33,534 nucleotides of DNA from a virus. Taxonomy: Duplodnaviria > Caudoviricetes. Below the pieces are notes generated by a model. That model was not told the DNA's origin and made no database searches. It saw nothing but the letters and a program-made list of their open reading frames with translations. The position numbers and the translations under genes are program-made. Positions 17,015-26,213 of the stretch are shown in pieces. The stretch spans positions 1-33,534 of IMG/VR virus record IMGVR_UViG_3300005611_000112, one strand, 5' to 3'. Position 1 is the stretch's first letter. Each line of letters opens with the position of its first letter.

Positions 17015-19124
17015 GAATACCATTGAGATTGAGGTCGAGCTCGTTGGGCAAGATGAGACTCTAAAAGGTCTTGATAAGGTCAAGCAGGGAGCCGAGGGCA
17101 TAGGCGAGAGTTTCAAGGGTGTGGGTGACCTTGTTGGCAAGACTAACGAGGAGCTAGGTGAAGGGCTTTCATCTGTCTCTGATGCTGTCGGTGAATCTAT
17201 CGGTGCCTTTGAAGGCATGGCTGGAGCGATCAAAGATGTGGCTGTAGGAGGCGCGGGGATCTCAGCTCTCATCGGCCCAATCGGTGCATTGATTGGCGCT
17301 CTCGCGCTTGGCTATGAAGCCTTCATGAAGCTCAGCGGTCTTGAGGAGGAGCTCGCCAATCGCAAAGAAGCGATGGCAGCAGCTGCTGCTGATCTCGAGA
17401 GTAAGCTTGAGGCGCTCGCTGAGGGCGGGGTTGTGCTCGCTGGTAAAGAGCTTGAGAAGCTGATGAACAATGTGCTTGATAGCCAAGTGGCTAAAGAGCA
17501 ACTTCAAAAGCGCATCGAGAAGCTCAATAAGGTTTACTTTAAAAACAGAGACTTGACTGCAGAGGTTGCTAAGCAACAGCAGCTTTATAACAAAGGCATT
17601 AAAGATTCTTCGGACGCTTTTCAGAGTGCTGTTGATGCAGCAAAGGCACAAGCTCGTGCTGAGAAAGCACTAAAAGAGACAACGAAGCAGCTCGCGGCTG
17701 AGATGGATAAGCTGCGACAGGTACAAGAGCAGGTGAGCCTTCAGCTTGCCGAGGCTGCCAAGCTTGAAAAGGCTGCCGAGGAGAACACTTACGATAACGT
17801 CAAAGCCAAGGCTCTTGAGTATGCTGAGCGCAAGAAGGCGCTCGACATCATGCAGGCTGAGATGGGCGTAAGAGATGAGGAGATAATCCAGCTTCAAAAG
17901 CTTCAGGCGGTGGTTGAGAGGCGCGCTGTTCAGCGCAAGATCGACCAAGCAGATGATGCAACAGACCTCAAGGCACTCAAAGAGATAAGGGATCAGCTCA
18001 AGCGCCAGGTAGAAGCGATTGAGGATGAGACCAAAGCCAAGCATGAATCTCATCAGATGGATGAGGTTATTCGTAAAAGCAGAGAGAAGCGCATCACTCA
18101 GATGAAGGCAGAGAGAGCTCAGCGCCTCGCTCAAGCTAAGGCTGAAGAAGCTCTAGCCAAGCAACGCCTTGCTCAAGAATCACAGCTTCGACAGCTTCAG
18201 ATCCAATACACCCTCGAGGGCGATGCACAGCTCTTAGCGTTGGCGCGTGAGCGATATGACACCGGGCTGCAACTCGCCAAGGATGACGCGACCAAGCGCG
18301 CTATCGTGGAGACTCAATACAGGCTCGAGGTTCGCAAGATTCAAGAGGCAGAGCTTGACCGAGATGTGGCAGCGCTTGATGCTCGCCTCGCCAGAGAGAA
18401 GGAGGCAGCGCAGGCGCTCAGAGACTTCCGCTTTGAGACTGCCGAGTTTAACGCCTCGATGATCAGAGATGAGAGAGAGCGTGAGCTCGCTTTACTGCAG
18501 GTCAAGTATGACAAAGAGCTGGCGCTCGCTGAAGATAATCAGATGAAGCGCACCGAGCTTCAAAGGCGCTATGGCCTCGAGCGGGCAGGACTTGAGCAAA
18601 AGTCAGCAGCTAAGATGCAGGAGGTGGCTGAGAAGCTCATCGATGATTATGGCAAGGGCTTTGCCCAAGCGAGCGTGGGCGCGCTGATGTTCGGTGAGAA
18701 CTTTGAGGAGAGCATCGCCGAGGTGACGACGTCTCTTGCGATGGAGGCGGGGATACAAGCTTTGATGGAGCTCGCCAAGGGAACAGCTGCGCTTTTGCTC
18801 AACCCTGTGGATGCTGCTGTTCACTTCAAGTCTGCTGCGCTCTTTGGCTCTGCTGCCTTGCTCGCCAAGGGCGCATCATCAGCTCTTGGTGGTGGTGGTG
18901 GTGGTGCAACAGGCACAGCCTCACCGAGTGGGTCAGCGCTGTCAGCTCCTGCGCCTCAACGCCAAAGCGCTGAGACTGAGAGCATGGTGTTTAACATCAA
19001 CTTTGGTGGGGCTGTGATCTATGACACAAGGCGCGCAGCTGAGGAGGCTCTCGCTGATCGCGTGGCTACTGTGTTCAATCGACCAAGGCGAGGCGCTGTG
19101 CGCCCTGTGATGATGAGAGGTTAA
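17007..19124 (+). CDS. tape measure protein
   Basis: 705 aa, IEIEVEL N-terminus, long Ala/Glu/Lys/Gln coiled coils, hydrophobic Gly/Ala stretches, FNINF C-terminal motif. Confidence 0.88.
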   Translation: MAENTIEIEVELVGQDETLKGLDKVKQGAEGIGESFKGVGDLVGKTNEELGEGLSSVSDAVGESIGAFEGMAGAIKDVAVGGAGISALIGPIGALIGALALGYEAFMKLSGLEEELANRKEAMAAAAADLESKLEALAEGGVVLAGKELEKLMNNVLDSQVAKEQLQKRIEKLNKVYFKNRDLTAEVAKQQQLYNKGIKDSSDAFQSAVDAAKAQARAEKALKETTKQLAAEMDKLRQVQEQVSLQLAEAAKLEKAAEENTYDNVKAKALEYAERKKALDIMQAEMGVRDEEIIQLQKLQAVVERRAVQRKIDQADDATDLKALKEIRDQLKRQVEAIEDETKAKHESHQMDEVIRKSREKRITQMKAERAQRLAQAKAEEALAKQRLAQESQLRQLQIQYTLEGDAQLLALARERYDTGLQLAKDDATKRAIVETQYRLEVRKIQEAELDRDVAALDARLAREKEAAQALRDFRFETAEFNASMIRDERERELALLQVKYDKELALAEDNQMKRTELQRRYGLERAGLEQKSAAKMQEVAEKLIDDYGKGFAQASVGALMFGENFEESIAEVTTSLAMEAGIQALMELAKGTAALLLNPVDAAVHFKSAALFGSAALLAKGASSALGGGGGGATGTASPSGSALSAPAPQRQSAETESMVFNINFGGAVIYDTRRAAEEALADRVATVFNRPRRGAVRPVMMRG

Positions 19125-19125
19125 T

Positions 19126-20352
19126 ATGCCGTTGAATCAACCTGCTCCCAACTTCGCGCTCTTGGGTGCCTTCGATGCTCGCCAATGGTCTGGCGCTGAT
19201 GTCATTGAGTATGATGGCGAGACCATCACGCTCCCCACCTATGGTCTAGGTGAAGGTGTGTATGAGGATGCTCTGTTCTTCCTCAATGGTCGAGGTGTGG
19301 GGAGCTCCTCAATCTCTGGCGCTATCGGCTCGCTTGGCTCTGCGCTCCAAGATGCCTCTACCTTCGGCACCACATGGAGCCTTGAGCTGACTGAGGATGA
19401 TCGCCTCAAGATCACTTCTGATGAAGACTTTATCATCTCGCCTATTGGCGCTGACCCTCTCGGCTTAGGCTCGCAGTCTGCCACCTTTGACCTCGGTGAC
19501 TACAGCGTTGAGGGTGAGCTTGATTGGGCGCGTGGTGTCTATCGTGGCGAGCGCTACTTGATCAGCGATGGTCAGCTTCCACCGACCACGTTCACATGGC
19601 CCTCAACAGCAGATCAGCCTTGGGCTGCTCAAGATGTGGTGGTCGCTATGCGTGAGCGTGGCACAGTCGATGATGCTGACGCGCTCAACCCTACCGACTG
19701 CCTTGAGGCTGTGGTGAGGACAGGCGCGAGCAAAGAGGTGCGCTTTGTGCTCAATGATGAGGGTCACGTTGAGGTGTGGTATCTCGATGATGCGAGCTCC
19801 TTCACTTGGCTCAGCGACACCTTCCGCGCTCGCCTCGGCTTTAGTGGGCTCGAGGTGGGTGTGATCAACGGAGATGGCGCAGTCAACACAGTCACCCTCA
19901 CAGCAGAGCACCCTTTACCTGGCGCGCTGTTCCCTTCTCGACCCTTCCAAGACCATCACCTTGTGGTCGAGGCGGTCACGCAGAGCAGGCGCTTAATCAG
20001 CGGGGCTTACACAAGCAACCATGTGGGGGTCTATCGGCAGAGCCAGCTCAGCTTTGACCTTGACGCTCTGCTTGATCAACGCGACCTATACAGGCACTTC
20101 ACTGATCGCTTCGTGCCTTATGTTCCCAATGGTGAGCGCTGCACCTTCTATCAAGGTTGGGGTGACAGCAGGCGCGCTCTGACCTCGGCAGAGGTTGATG
20201 AGAATCAGCTCGCTTATGACCTGCTTTATACCTCAGAGGATAACGGAGATGTGGGGCGCATCAGAGCCACGCTCACAAGCGCCTCTTATGACCTGAGCTT
20301 TGGCGCGCTCAAGAGGCGTGTGCCTGTATCGATGAGGCTTGATCACCTATGA
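19126..20352 (+). CDS. tail tip protein (distal tail-like position)
   Basis: 408 aa, acidic, directly after the tape measure gene; synteny only. Confidence 0.6.
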   Translation: MPLNQPAPNFALLGAFDARQWSGADVIEYDGETITLPTYGLGEGVYEDALFFLNGRGVGSSSISGAIGSLGSALQDASTFGTTWSLELTEDDRLKITSDEDFIISPIGADPLGLGSQSATFDLGDYSVEGELDWARGVYRGERYLISDGQLPPTTFTWPSTADQPWAAQDVVVAMRERGTVDDADALNPTDCLEAVVRTGASKEVRFVLNDEGHVEVWYLDDASSFTWLSDTFRARLGFSGLEVGVINGDGAVNTVTLTAEHPLPGALFPSRPFQDHHLVVEAVTQSRRLISGAYTSNHVGVYRQSQLSFDLDALLDQRDLYRHFTDRFVPYVPNGERCTFYQGWGDSRRALTSAEVDENQLAYDLLYTSEDNGDVGRIRATLTSASYDLSFGALKRRVPVSMRLDHL

Positions 20353-21419
20353 GCAACAGCTTTTCAACACCACCTCTGCTCGCTGATGAGACGACTGTTG
20401 TGGCGGGGCTCCCCATCGGTGAGGGCGCTGTCACTCGCATGAGCGAGACCATGAATTATCTCTGGCATTATGGCTCGACCACCAACGCGCTCAGCCAAGC
20501 TTGGGCAGAGGGTCAGTTTGTGCAGAAGGGCACCACGCTTGTTGAGATGGCTGAGTGGGTTCTGCCTGTTATCAGTAACGATCACTATGAGCTTGAGGTT
20601 ATCGTTATCGCTAAGGGCTCAGGCACCATAAGGCTTGAGCTCGAGGGAGCGACCACAGCGCAGGTCACCGATGAGGTCAGCTCGACAGGTGCAGGGCCTC
20701 ACCTTGTAAGACTGAGCTTGATCTTAGGCACACCTACTGACGAGTATCTAACCCTCACCATGAAGGTCGCTCACACGACTGATACGACCTCTCGCCACGA
20801 GATCCAAAGCATCATGGCGCGATGGGTGCCTCTGCTCTCGCCTGTGACAGCGGGGGCGCGCTATAGGCTCACTGACAAGTTTATTCCCTTCGGCATCAAT
20901 CGCGTGGGGAACGACTACCCGCTCAGCTCAAGGTGGGGGGTCAACGCTCGCAACAACGTGGAGCTCCTACGCAAGCGCCCTGTGGTCTATCTCACATGGT
21001 CTGGTGTTCAGAACCTCGACAGCGCCCCAACAAGCATAGATGATCCTGCGCCTCCTAAATATCTCGGCATAGGTGACATTGATGTCTTGTCAGCGCCTAT
21101 CCATATCCCCACCGAGGCTGTCTTAGGAGACACCTATGAGATCAACGTGGCGCTGCTGATTGACGATTTACCAGCAGGGTACTCAGTCTCTTACTTTGTG
21201 CTTGGCTCTGAGATTGAGGTCAGCGCTAACGGTTGGCACGTTGAGACTGTGCGCGTGTTGATTGACAGAGATGAGGCGATGTCAAGAGCGCTCAGCTTGA
21301 ACATCTATCGAGTAGGCCCTGACAATGACCCTATCAACCTCTCTGTCCTCGCATCTTTAAACACTTATGCGAGCCCTAACTTGCCTAAAGTTAAAGCCCT
21401 CTGCGTTTGGGGAGTGTGA
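20349..21419 (+). CDS. putative tail structural protein
   Basis: 356 aa beta-rich; ATGA coupling within the tail operon. Confidence 0.55.
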   Translation: MSNSFSTPPLLADETTVVAGLPIGEGAVTRMSETMNYLWHYGSTTNALSQAWAEGQFVQKGTTLVEMAEWVLPVISNDHYELEVIVIAKGSGTIRLELEGATTAQVTDEVSSTGAGPHLVRLSLILGTPTDEYLTLTMKVAHTTDTTSRHEIQSIMARWVPLLSPVTAGARYRLTDKFIPFGINRVGNDYPLSSRWGVNARNNVELLRKRPVVYLTWSGVQNLDSAPTSIDDPAPPKYLGIGDIDVLSAPIHIPTEAVLGDTYEINVALLIDDLPAGYSVSYFVLGSEIEVSANGWHVETVRVLIDRDEAMSRALSLNIYRVGPDNDPINLSVLASLNTYASPNLPKVKALCVWGV

Positions 21420-22072
21420 TGACTACGCCTACCAACTTTCAAAGACTTCCATCTGAGAGCTCATTTTATAATGGGCAGATGGTTATGGGCGCTCAAGCCT
21501 CCTCGCTCGCTCTCGCGCTCAAGCAGCTGCAGGGGGTCAAGTATAGGGCTCTAGCCAACTATCATGTCAGCCGAACAACATGGCAGCTTCTTTATTGGGT
21601 GGGGCCTGTTTACACTGAGGCGCAGCTCAACACTGCTCATGGGCACTCATTGGAGAAGGGGCAAAGCGAAGATATAGACCTTCTCATTGGCACCATGCCC
21701 ACCACAGAGTGGCTCGCCATTGAGCTTGTGTATGGCCCTACTAATCAAGAGGGCTATGTGCCACAGGTCACCATTGAGCTTTACACTCTCGGCACCACCA
21801 CGCCTCTTGGCACCAAGATCGATGAGGGCATCAAGTTTCAAGCTCCTTATGATCTCGTCAGCGCCAGGCAAGGCTCAGGCACAGGAGTTCACAGGACTCA
21901 CACAGGCGCTCAACCTTATGCCTTCCCTTCTGGTGGGCTGAGCACTTTCACTGAGCCTCGCCCTCTCTATGTGCCACAGGCTAACCGAGGTGAGGTGCTG
22001 CTCTTGTGCGTACAGGCTGAGAATTGTCGAGTGCTCGCAGTCAACGTGTTTGACATCTACAAGGAGGCATGA
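21419..22072 (+). CDS. putative tail structural protein
   Basis: TGATG-coupled ATG at 21419 with GGAG upstream, preferred to TTG 21407. Confidence 0.55.
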   Translation: MTTPTNFQRLPSESSFYNGQMVMGAQASSLALALKQLQGVKYRALANYHVSRTTWQLLYWVGPVYTEAQLNTAHGHSLEKGQSEDIDLLIGTMPTTEWLAIELVYGPTNQEGYVPQVTIELYTLGTTTPLGTKIDEGIKFQAPYDLVSARQGSGTGVHRTHTGAQPYAFPSGGLSTFTEPRPLYVPQANRGEVLLLCVQAENCRVLAVNVFDIYKEA

Positions 22073-25000
22073 TGAGCATCACAGATGATCGCGCTCAGCG
22101 CGTGTTCGTGCTCGAGGTGGCAGGACTCACCACGCGCTACACCTCACACCCTATCGACCCAAGCGCCTCCAACATGGATAGCGAGGTGGCTGATGGGATC
22201 AGCTACGTCAACCGAGCCTCAATCATTGACGTGGGCGCGTTCGCTGGCTCTATCGACCCAAGCGGGGGCATCGCTCAATACAGCTCCCTCAGCGTGACGT
22301 TGGCGAGTGACCGAGCGCGAGGAGATGAGCATGACCCTGCTGTTATCTTTGGGCGCTGCGGAGCTAGAGCCTCTGATGTGTTTCATGCTCAGCTCGTTGG
22401 CGATGTGCCCTATGAGGACGACACAGGTATTATCCGCATTGATGTGGATGCGAGAGGTCAGCTCACTTATCCACGCATCATGCACATGGGCGCTGAGAGC
22501 TTTAGAGTGTCTGCTCTCTCCCAGACAACAGGTCGCGTCTTCACATATACAGCTCGCGCTGTGGGGGGCTCACAGAGGCAAGATCATCGCCAATCTGATT
22601 GGGGCTCCAACGTGCCTGAGATCAGCTCAGCGATCACCACCTTTAGGGGTCGCAGGGCTCGCCTGTGGATAGGGCAGCAATATGCAGGAGGTGGGCTGAG
22701 TGACTTCGTTGAGGTCATGAATGGCTTCATCGAGAGCTCCCCAATCGTTGAGCAGGGTGGCGAGGTGACACTCAGCCTCTTACCTATCAGCGCGCTGATT
22801 GATACGACCATCGCAGATAAGGTGAGCAAGTCCACAAAGCTTGTCCAAGACTTCCATTATTTCAATGGCTTCCGAGCGTCTTGGCTTGAGTGGGCGCTGA
22901 TGATCAAGGGTGGAGGTCCTGAGTATTGGATAGACCGATCAACGCTTGACCCGGTGGCAGGCACCTTCGAGTATTTCCGCACCCAAGCTCACCTGCTTGA
23001 GATGTATGACCCTGCCCTCAACGATGGCTATGACCTCGGCTTAGAGAAGGCTCACCCTCGCTACCCTCGACTGCAAGGGGATGAGGTGACTGTCTATCCG
23101 ACCAACTCAGGAACACTCTATGGTACTTATGACACCACCAAGAGCTCATCTCTGTCAGCGACTGCTGAGCAAGAGTTCTATGGACTGAGGACTAACACAG
23201 AGCCAGAGGTTAAACAGATTAGGCTTGGTCTAGGTGAGGTGAAGCCTTGGCCCTCGGTGATCAGAACAGAGCTTGAGGCTAACGCTGCCACCAATGAGCA
23301 GGGTGGTGAGGGCGCTTGGGCTAATTGGACTTTGAGGCGTGACAGCGTTGTGGAGGTCACACCGACAGTCAACCCGCGAGGCGTTAAGCCTCAGCTTGTC
23401 TTGACCTCTGGCACCCTTCGCAGGGTTGAGATTGATGGCTCTACTTATGAGCCCAAGCGTTGGGCATACGACACCAACACCCAATGGCCTGTTGACCCTC
23501 TGAAGCGCTATCTTCGCTTGTGGTATCCCATCGATCTGCGCCCACCTGCTGAGAGGGTGCGCCCACCTGCTGAGCGTAGATCATATACTCGCGTCATTGA
23601 TCTACCTGAAAACAGAGACGCTCTCTCTCGGTCGGTTGAAATTGGCGGGGTGGCGCGAGCGTTCTACCAGAGGCAAGAGCTGACGATCTTGGTGGAGGAT
23701 GCGATTGGTCTGCCGACAGTCAGCACAGGCACTCTCTATGACATTCAAGTCAGATATACATCATCGAGTGGCGAGGCTCGCACTCAATGGCTCAAAGCGA
23801 CACATCAAACCTCAGCGTCTTATGAGGGCTCGATTATTGGCTACATCATCCACCTCGCGCCAGGTCAAGATTGGTCTGAGGTAGAGAGCTTTGGTGATTG
23901 GGATGGCTTAGACGCTGAGCGCTGCGAGATATTTGGTGGCGCTCGCTTCAATCGTGAGAGCCCAAGCGATGTGCTTTTAAAGCTCCTTGAGAGTGGTGGG
24001 GGCTTTCAGAAGAACGGAGATTATGACCTTTACTCGGTGGGCTTAGGTATCAGCTCAGCCGACATCGATGAGCAGAGCTTCATGAGCTATGGCTCAGTCT
24101 CACCCTTCCTGTTCACAGGCGAGATTAGCGGTGAGGGTGTCAACATGAGAGATGTGCTCGAGGACATCCTCAAGCTGATGGGCTGCGCGCTCGTCATGGC
24201 GAGGAGCTCCACAGGTAAGAGCTTGCTCACGCTGCGCCCAATGGGTCTTGAGATTGCCTCTGATGTGAGCGCCACCATCGAGGCGGGCGATTGGCTCTCT
24301 GATCAGCCACCAACGTGGTCGATCTATGAGGACATTGTGACGCAGGTCAAAGCGCGTTGGAACTGGTCGATTGATGAGCAAAAGTTCATCACTGAGGCCA
24401 CCTTCAACAACCAAGAGGCGATCAATCGTTATGGTGGCGAGAGCGCCAAGATTGAGCTTGATCTCTATGCGCTCACCTCGCGTGACCTCGGTGGCGCTGT
24501 GGGTGATGTAACAGGAGCCTTCTTACCTGTCATGGCTCGCTTATGGCGCTTGCTCTCCAACCCTATCAGAGCATGGCGCGGGGCTGTCGGCACAGGTAAG
24601 AGCATGACGCTTGACGTGGGCTCTTATGTCTCGGTCAGCTCACCTCTGCTCAAGGGCTATGGTGACGCTTATGGCGTGAGCGGTGAGGTTGGCATGGTAC
24701 GCTCTATTCGCCAGGACCTTATGCGCGAGGGCGCAGAGCTGGAGCTCATCGCGCTAGGCGTAAAGCCTGTGAGGTGGAACGCATCAGCGAGGGTGGCCAC
24801 CTACACCTCAAACTCTGTGGCGATCTATGGTGACGACTACACAGCAGACGCGACAGACGTGAGCTTCTTCAACGTGGGTGATGTGGTGGACTATCTGCCA
24901 GAGGGTGATGAGGATAACGCCATAACAGGGCTTGTCATCGAGAGCATCTTTGCAAATATCCTCTTTTTTACCTCTGCTCATGGTATCACCTCGGCAGGTG

Positions 25001-25122
25001 GCACCATCGAGCCAACCATTTACACAAGCGCGAGCGCATCACATAAGGCTGATGCTTATCTCGCTTCCAACACTTCCCCGCCTGTGCTAGGGTCTAGCAC
25101 AGAGGCGCAGGAGTATGCATGA
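22069..25122 (+). CDS. large tail tip/hub protein
   Basis: 1017 aa; hub-like segments PSDVLLKLLES, ISSADIDEQSF, RDVLEDILK..G, EAINRYG, LDVGSYV. Confidence 0.7.
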   Translation: MMSITDDRAQRVFVLEVAGLTTRYTSHPIDPSASNMDSEVADGISYVNRASIIDVGAFAGSIDPSGGIAQYSSLSVTLASDRARGDEHDPAVIFGRCGARASDVFHAQLVGDVPYEDDTGIIRIDVDARGQLTYPRIMHMGAESFRVSALSQTTGRVFTYTARAVGGSQRQDHRQSDWGSNVPEISSAITTFRGRRARLWIGQQYAGGGLSDFVEVMNGFIESSPIVEQGGEVTLSLLPISALIDTTIADKVSKSTKLVQDFHYFNGFRASWLEWALMIKGGGPEYWIDRSTLDPVAGTFEYFRTQAHLLEMYDPALNDGYDLGLEKAHPRYPRLQGDEVTVYPTNSGTLYGTYDTTKSSSLSATAEQEFYGLRTNTEPEVKQIRLGLGEVKPWPSVIRTELEANAATNEQGGEGAWANWTLRRDSVVEVTPTVNPRGVKPQLVLTSGTLRRVEIDGSTYEPKRWAYDTNTQWPVDPLKRYLRLWYPIDLRPPAERVRPPAERRSYTRVIDLPENRDALSRSVEIGGVARAFYQRQELTILVEDAIGLPTVSTGTLYDIQVRYTSSSGEARTQWLKATHQTSASYEGSIIGYIIHLAPGQDWSEVESFGDWDGLDAERCEIFGGARFNRESPSDVLLKLLESGGGFQKNGDYDLYSVGLGISSADIDEQSFMSYGSVSPFLFTGEISGEGVNMRDVLEDILKLMGCALVMARSSTGKSLLTLRPMGLEIASDVSATIEAGDWLSDQPPTWSIYEDIVTQVKARWNWSIDEQKFITEATFNNQEAINRYGGESAKIELDLYALTSRDLGGAVGDVTGAFLPVMARLWRLLSNPIRAWRGAVGTGKSMTLDVGSYVSVSSPLLKGYGDAYGVSGEVGMVRSIRQDLMREGAELELIALGVKPVRWNASARVATYTSNSVAIYGDDYTADATDVSFFNVGDVVDYLPEGDEDNAITGLVIESIFANILFFTSAHGITSAGGTIEPTIYTSASASHKADAYLASNTSPPVLGSSTEAQEYA
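23537..23574 (+). repeat. 17-bp direct repeat, 21-bp period, in frame
   Basis: TGCGCCCACCTGCTGAG at 23537 and 23558, encoding RPPAERV RPPAERR. Confidence 0.9.
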
Positions 25123-25826
25123 GCAAGACAAAAGCTGAGCTTCATGAAGACCTTAAGACTGCCCACCAAAAGGTTGACGCGCTCGACCATGAGGTGAGGC
25201 GTTTAAAGAGGTCTATCGGTCAGATGAGCCTCGACCTCCAAGCAGCGGTGGCAGGTCATCAGCCTCTTGAGCGCACAGTCTATCCGACTGAGCGAGCGCT
25301 CGAGGCGATCAAGCGCGCTGAGGTTGAATGGACGCGCAACGTCACAGAGCCAGAGTATAAGGGCGACTATCAGCGCATCAGTGCTTACATCAAGAGCCAA
25401 GATGGTCTTGGTTGGACTTGGGAGAGTGACTACATCAAGAATGGTCAATTCTCTTGGTGTGGTGCGTTCGTGGCGTTTGCCTATGGTCGAGCTCTCCACG
25501 CTGCGCTTCGCAAGAAGGTGCTCCCTTCATGCTATCGGCTTTGGGATCAATGGGGGCGCTCTGCTCGCCTGCGCGATGGGGAGAAGCCTCAGCCCGGTGA
25601 CATCGTTGTGGTTTACACAGACGAGACCCATAAGCCCATCCAAGGCAATCACATCACCCTCTGCGTAGGTGAGCCCAACGAGCTTGGCTTATTCCCTACC
25701 ATCGAGGGTAACGCTCATGGCATGGGCCCTGAGGGTCGCATTGAGGGCGTTATCAAGCGTGAGCGCGATGTGGACTGCATCGCCCATATCTATCGACTTT
25801 TACCCGAGGACTTTGAGGAGCGCTGA
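25119..25826 (+). CDS. CHAP/NlpC-P60-fold peptidoglycan hydrolase with N-terminal coiled coil
   Basis: WCGAFV (catalytic Cys), PQPGDIVV, NHITL (His), TIEGN. Confidence 0.85.
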   Translation: MSKTKAELHEDLKTAHQKVDALDHEVRRLKRSIGQMSLDLQAAVAGHQPLERTVYPTERALEAIKRAEVEWTRNVTEPEYKGDYQRISAYIKSQDGLGWTWESDYIKNGQFSWCGAFVAFAYGRALHAALRKKVLPSCYRLWDQWGRSARLRDGEKPQPGDIVVVYTDETHKPIQGNHITLCVGEPNELGLFPTIEGNAHGMGPEGRIEGVIKRERDVDCIAHIYRLLPEDFEER

Positions 25827-25827
25827 T

Positions 25828-26202
25828 ATGTCAGGCTTAAACATTACCAACCCAATCAAGGCGGGCTCCTTTAGGGCCATGTGTGATCTCAGCTTAGGGA
25901 CTGCCGATTGGCAAGACCTCTCCAGCGCTGACTTTAAAGACTCAGCGACCGGTGAGGCTCTAGCCTCTGGCTATAAGTTCGCTTGGATCGGTGTGGTCAA
26001 TCTCAGCCTCGATGGGGTGGCCTACGTCAAGTATCGCGCGCGCGTGGCAGCAGACGACACGACAGACAACGAGCTTCCCATCTTGCCTTACTCGCTCCAC
26101 AGCGATGACATTGGCACCCTCACAGCAGAGGTCACCACGATCAGCGTGAAGAAGCCTGCTGATCTTGATAGTCTCTACGTTATCGCTGGCTTTGACTTTT
26201 AA
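25828..26202 (+). CDS. hypothetical structural protein
   Basis: GAGGAG RBS before ATG 25828 (MSGLNITNP...), preferred to the upstream start at 25669. Confidence 0.65.
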   Translation: MSGLNITNPIKAGSFRAMCDLSLGTADWQDLSSADFKDSATGEALASGYKFAWIGVVNLSLDGVAYVKYRARVAADDTTDNELPILPYSLHSDDIGTLTAEVTTISVKKPADLDSLYVIAGFDF

Positions 26203-26213
26203 GGGGCGCGCTC

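Noticed and set aside
18888-18905. (GGT)6 run as a phase-variation tract
   Set aside because: Triplet repeat encoding a Gly linker typical of tape measure C-termini; slippage would keep the frame.
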